Assembly (NCBI GenBank): GCA_964404915.1
Contig: CAYOLX010000003.1
Location: forward strand, 1-25,850
DNA length: 25,850 nt
Origin: an uncultured Candidatus Saccharibacteria bacterium
GTDB taxonomy: Bacteria > Patescibacteriota > Minisyncoccia > Minisyncoccales > UBA5738
Reading direction: 5' to 3'
Numbering within the stretch: position 1 is the first letter of the stretch; each line of letters begins with the position of its first letter. The notes beneath the pieces are model-generated. The model was not told where the DNA came from. It saw only the letters and a list, made by a program, of their open reading frames with translations, and ran no database searches. The translations under genes were made by a program, and so were the position numbers. Below, piece by piece: positions 22,650-25,850 of this stretch.

Positions 22650-23330
22650 ATGAAACAATCTTCAAATAAAAATATTAAAAGACTGCCGATCGCGTTGCGG
22701 ATTGATCAAACCAACATTGATCCCAAGGCGAATTTATTGGACATCAAAAAGACTTGCGCCGAAGTCAAGAAATACGGGTTTCGAGGAATTTGCGTGAATC
22801 CCCAGTGGGTTAGCGCGGCGAAGAATGAATTAAAAGAATTTCCCGCCAAAGTGATTTGTTTGGTGGACGCGCCAATTGGCGACAGCTCTCACGAAGAAAG
22901 AATGCAAATTTGCTTGACCGCCAAAAATAACGGCGCCGATGAATTGGATGTGGTGGCGTCTGTGGTTGACATTAAGCATGAAAGATGGGAGCAGGTCTAC
23001 AAAGATTTGGCGGCGATTTGCAAAATCTTGCCGACAAAAGTGATTATCGGTTCGGGCTATTTAACCGACAAAGAAATCGCCATGGCATCGCGTTTGGTTA
23101 AGCAAGCGGGCGCGATTTGCGTGAAAACCGCCACCGCCAAGGATCCGTTGGAAGAGCGCGAATTAAAGGAAAAGGCTCATCACTTGGAATTGATGAAAAA
23201 AAACGCTCCCGGATTGCTGGTGAAAGTTTCGGGCAACGTTAAAACCGCCAAAGACGCGCGCGCCTATCTGCGCGCCGGCGCCGATATCATCGGCACTTCC
23301 AACGGTCTGGCAATTGCCAAAGGCAAATAA
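22650..23330 (+). CDS. deoC: Deoxyribose-phosphate aldolase-like protein (divergent)
   Basis: IDQTNI.P, YGFRGICVNP, GADELDVV, KVII, VKTAT (Schiff-base Lys), VKVSG, AGADIIGTS. Start at ATG 22650. Confidence 0.82.
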   Translation: MKQSSNKNIKRLPIALRIDQTNIDPKANLLDIKKTCAEVKKYGFRGICVNPQWVSAAKNELKEFPAKVICLVDAPIGDSSHEERMQICLTAKNNGADELDVVASVVDIKHERWEQVYKDLAAICKILPTKVIIGSGYLTDKEIAMASRLVKQAGAICVKTATAKDPLEERELKEKAHHLELMKKNAPGLLVKVSGNVKTAKDARAYLRAGADIIGTSNGLAIAKGK

Positions 23331-23465
23331 GAGTTAATGTAAAATTAAAAAATCAAAATGAAAAATGACAATGCTAAAATTTAAAATTATTAAACGTTAA
23401 AATGAAGCGATAGCGGAATTTTAACTCCTTAATTTTGAATTTTGATTTTTCAATTTTAAACTTTT
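23331..23465 (+). repeat. AT-rich intergenic hairpin element (GACAAT family)
   Basis: AAAAAATCAAAATGAAAAATGACAATG ... AATTTTGAATTTTGATTTTTCAATTTT. Confidence 0.78.
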
Positions 23466-24977
23466 ATGGAATATTTTCCCATTATCGGTTTGGAGATTCA
23501 TTGCGAATTGAAGACCAAGTCAAAAATGTTTTGCTCCTGTCCAAACAATCCCGACGCGGCGGCGCCCAATATCAATGTTTGTCCGGTGTGCTTGGGGCAT
23601 CCGGGAACATTGCCGGTTGCCAATGCCGAAGCGGTGCGCTTGACGCGTCTCGCGGGCTTGGCTTTGGGTTCTCAAATTTTACAAAATTCAAAGTTTGACC
23701 GCAAAAATTATTTTTATCCGGATTTGCCCAAGGGGTATCAAATTTCGCAATATGACCAGCCGCTTTGCTTGGGCGGTCATTTGGAAATTAACGATAACGG
23801 GCAAGTCAAAGAAATCGGCATTACTCGCGTTCATTTGGAAGAGGACACCGGAAAATTAATGCATACCGACGATAAAAACCATTCACTAGTGGATTTTAAT
23901 CGCGGCGGCGTGCCGCTAATGGAGTTGGTCACCGAGCCCGATATTGAAAATGCTAATCAAGCGCGAGAATTTGTCAAAGAACTGCAATTGATTTTGCGCC
24001 ACCTGCAAGCGTCCGACGCCGATATGGAAAAAGGCCAATTGCGCGTGGAGGTTAATATCAGCATGGGAAAAATTGGCCCGGACGGCAAAAAAATCTTGGG
24101 CACCAAGGTGGAGATAAAAAATTTGAATTCCCTCAAAGCGGTGGAAGGCAGCGTCGCTTGCGAGATCGGCCGGCAGACGGCGTTGATTAAAAACGGGGAA
24201 GCGGTGGCGCAAGAAACGCGCGGCTGGAACGAATTTACCGGTCAAACTTTTTCCCAGCGCGAAAAAGAAGAAGCGTTTGATTATCGCTATTTTCCCGAAC
24301 CCGACATTCCGCCGCTGGTAATTTCCGCCGATGAGATTAAAAAACTGAAAGCCGCTGTGGGGGAATTGCCCGCCCAAAAGAGGTTTCGCTTGATTGATCA
24401 ATACGGGCTTGATCCGGCGATCGCCGAGATTTTTGTGGTTAATCGCGATTTGGGAGAATATTTTGAAAAGACCGCCAGCGAAATGGAAGAATGGGCAAAT
24501 GTCAAGGAAGGCGACAAGGAGAACACCGAAGCGCAAAGCCGCGAGTTGGCGCGTCTTTGCGCCAATTATCTCACCACCGATGTTTTGGGATCATTGCAAG
24601 GCAAAAATTTTCGCGAAGATGAATTTGCCGTTACTCCGGAGAATTTCGCCGAATTTATTTGTTTGATCTATAAAAAAGAAATCACTTCAAAAATCGCCAA
24701 ACAGGTTTTGCCCCAAATGATGAAAACCGGCGGCGATCCCAGCGCGATTATCAGCCAAAAAGGATTGAGCCAAATTTCGGACCAAAAAGAAATTGCCGCC
24801 GTCATTGAAAATGTTTTAGCGAAAAATGAAAAGGCGGTTGCCGATTGGCGCGCGGGCAAGCAAAACGCGTTTCAATTTTTGGTGGGGCAGATTCTGGCGG
24901 CAACGCAAGGCCGCGCCAACCCCGATATTCTCAAGGAAACGCTGTTGGAGAAATTGGGCGAAGTAAAGGAATCATGA
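23466..24977 (+). CDS. gatB: Asp-tRNA(Asn)/Glu-tRNA(Gln) amidotransferase subunit B
   Basis: IIGLEIHCEL.TKSKMFC.C, CPVCLG.PG.LP, FDRKNYFYPDLPKGYQISQ, HLEEDTGK, DFNRGGVPL.E.VTEPD, EIKNLNS, YRYFPEPD, C-terminal YqeY-like domain. Confidence 0.98.
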   Translation: MEYFPIIGLEIHCELKTKSKMFCSCPNNPDAAAPNINVCPVCLGHPGTLPVANAEAVRLTRLAGLALGSQILQNSKFDRKNYFYPDLPKGYQISQYDQPLCLGGHLEINDNGQVKEIGITRVHLEEDTGKLMHTDDKNHSLVDFNRGGVPLMELVTEPDIENANQAREFVKELQLILRHLQASDADMEKGQLRVEVNISMGKIGPDGKKILGTKVEIKNLNSLKAVEGSVACEIGRQTALIKNGEAVAQETRGWNEFTGQTFSQREKEEAFDYRYFPEPDIPPLVISADEIKKLKAAVGELPAQKRFRLIDQYGLDPAIAEIFVVNRDLGEYFEKTASEMEEWANVKEGDKENTEAQSRELARLCANYLTTDVLGSLQGKNFREDEFAVTPENFAEFICLIYKKEITSKIAKQVLPQMMKTGGDPSAIISQKGLSQISDQKEIAAVIENVLAKNEKAVADWRAGKQNAFQFLVGQILAATQGRANPDILKETLLEKLGEVKES

Positions 24978-24980
24978 AAC

Positions 24981-25850
24981 CTAGACAGATTTTTTGAGGT
25001 ATTTTTGGACCAGTTTAATGGCTTGGGGTTTGGTTTTTATCCAGTTAACTCTTTTGTCGCGCGCGAACCATGTCATTTGGCGCTTGGCATATTGCCAATC
25101 CTCTTTTTTGATGGTTTCAATCATTTGTTCGCGGGTGATTTTTTTTTGCAAAAATCGGGCGCTTGCGCGATATTCCAATCCCAGCGCTTCCAATTTCTCC
25201 CACGACAAACCGGATTTTTTTAGCCGCGCGGTTTCGGCCGCCATTCCCGCTTTGATCCTTTTTCGCGTGCGATCGGCAATTAACTTTTTCAATGCCGATT
25301 CGCTTTTTTTAACGCCCAACATTAAAATTTCATAGGACAAAGGATTTTTTGCCAAATCCGGCACCGGTTTTTTGGTCGCGCTGACAATTTCAATGGCGCG
25401 GATCAAGCGGCGCGGGTTTTTGGCGTCAATGGTTTTGGCACGGCGCGGATCAAGTTTTTTTAACATTAAAAAAAGTTGCGCTGTTGTTTTTTGTTCCAGT
25501 TGCCGCCGCAATTTCCAATCGGGCATCACTTGGGGAATGGCGATGCCGTCAATTACCGCTTGGATATAAAAACCGGTGCCGCCGCACAGAATGGGAATTT
25601 TTCCGACTTTTTGTGTTTTTGTAATTGCCGCCATCGCCAGCTTGCGATATCGCGTTACCGTAAAAACGGATTTGGGGTTGGCCACATCCAAAAGGTGGTG
25701 GGGAACTCCTTTCATTTCCGATTTTTTTATCTTTCCTGAACCGATATCCATCCCTTTGTAGACCTGCCGCGAATCCGCCGACACCACTTCGCCGTTGAAT
25801 TTTTTTGCCAGCGCCACCGCCAACTCTGATTTTCCCGAAGCGTTGGGACC
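24981..25850 (-). CDS. miaA: tRNA dimethylallyltransferase, 5' end beyond the window
   Basis: Frame is open to the edge: GPNASGKSELAVALA, VSADSRQVYKGMDIGSGK, PHHLLD, CGGTGFYI, NPRRLIRAIEI, YAKRQMTWF. Confidence 0.96.
   Translation of the reverse strand, partial: GPNASGKSELAVALAKKFNGEVVSADSRQVYKGMDIGSGKIKKSEMKGVPHHLLDVANPKSVFTVTRYRKLAMAAITKTQKVGKIPILCGGTGFYIQAVIDGIAIPQVMPDWKLRRQLEQKTTAQLFLMLKKLDPRRAKTIDAKNPRRLIRAIEIVSATKKPVPDLAKNPLSYEILMLGVKKSESALKKLIADRTRKRIKAGMAAETARLKKSGLSWEKLEALGLEYRASARFLQKKITREQMIETIKKEDWQYAKRQMTWFARDKRVNWIKTKPQAIKLVQKYLKKSV

Noticed and set aside
998-22650. ORF-track starts at 998, 6635, 7550, 10819, 12149, 18184 and 22635
   Set aside because: These extensions run through terminators, promoters or repeat elements. 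Conserved N-termini begin at 1055, 6578, 7583, 10864, 12224, 18205 and 22650.
318-25761. Numerous antisense or alternate-frame ORFs (e.g. 524-1030, 13154-14023, 14688-15545, 23916-24536)
   Set aside because: They fully overlap well-supported genes and have no recognisable motifs, which is typical of shadow ORFs.
25824-25850. MiaA P-loop variant GPNASGKS
   Set aside because: A single conservative change in a variable P-loop position; all other MiaA motifs are intact.
1-25850. Alternative genetic code (UGA=Gly, code 25)
   Set aside because: Conserved genes (prfA, gatB) end at TGA at their expected C-termini, and no core gene is interrupted by TGA.

Overview
Mostly a housekeeping region, probably from a Patescibacteria/CPR (Parcubacteria-like) genome using the standard code (TGA acts as stop). 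The taxonomy is inferred from a short EF-Ts, a PheT lacking the B2 domain, an orphan PaaX/Cas2-fold gene and a coiled-coil lytic transglycosylase. Gene order: partial Cys-rich exported protein, rplY, lytic transglycosylase, two surface proteins, (prfA, rpmE on minus), rpsB, tsf, membrane protein, tRNA-Thr(UGU), PaaX-like regulator, coiled-coil protein, pheS, pheT, gyrB, orphan, secE, nusG, rplK (rplA does not follow), MNT-HEPN toxin-antitoxin pair, dcd, tandem-domain thyX, tmk, divergent deoC, gatB, (partial miaA on minus). The unusual signal is largely non-coding. (1) tRNA-Thr is nested inside two extra 5' halves and two extra 3' halves whose linkers are mutually complementary (a matryoshka layout). 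(2) The PaaX-like gene is bracketed by inverted copies of a 44-bp palindrome. (3) A ~150-bp Y-shaped hairpin element occurs twice, with a compensatory base change. (4) A family of ~110-140-nt A-rich-arm/T-rich-arm hairpins fills most junctions between co-transcribed genes, always in the sense orientation. Protein-level oddities are GyrB with EGNSA (equivalent to quinolone-resistance D426N), a double-domain ThyX with complementary motif loss, and a DeoC with an altered phosphate site.
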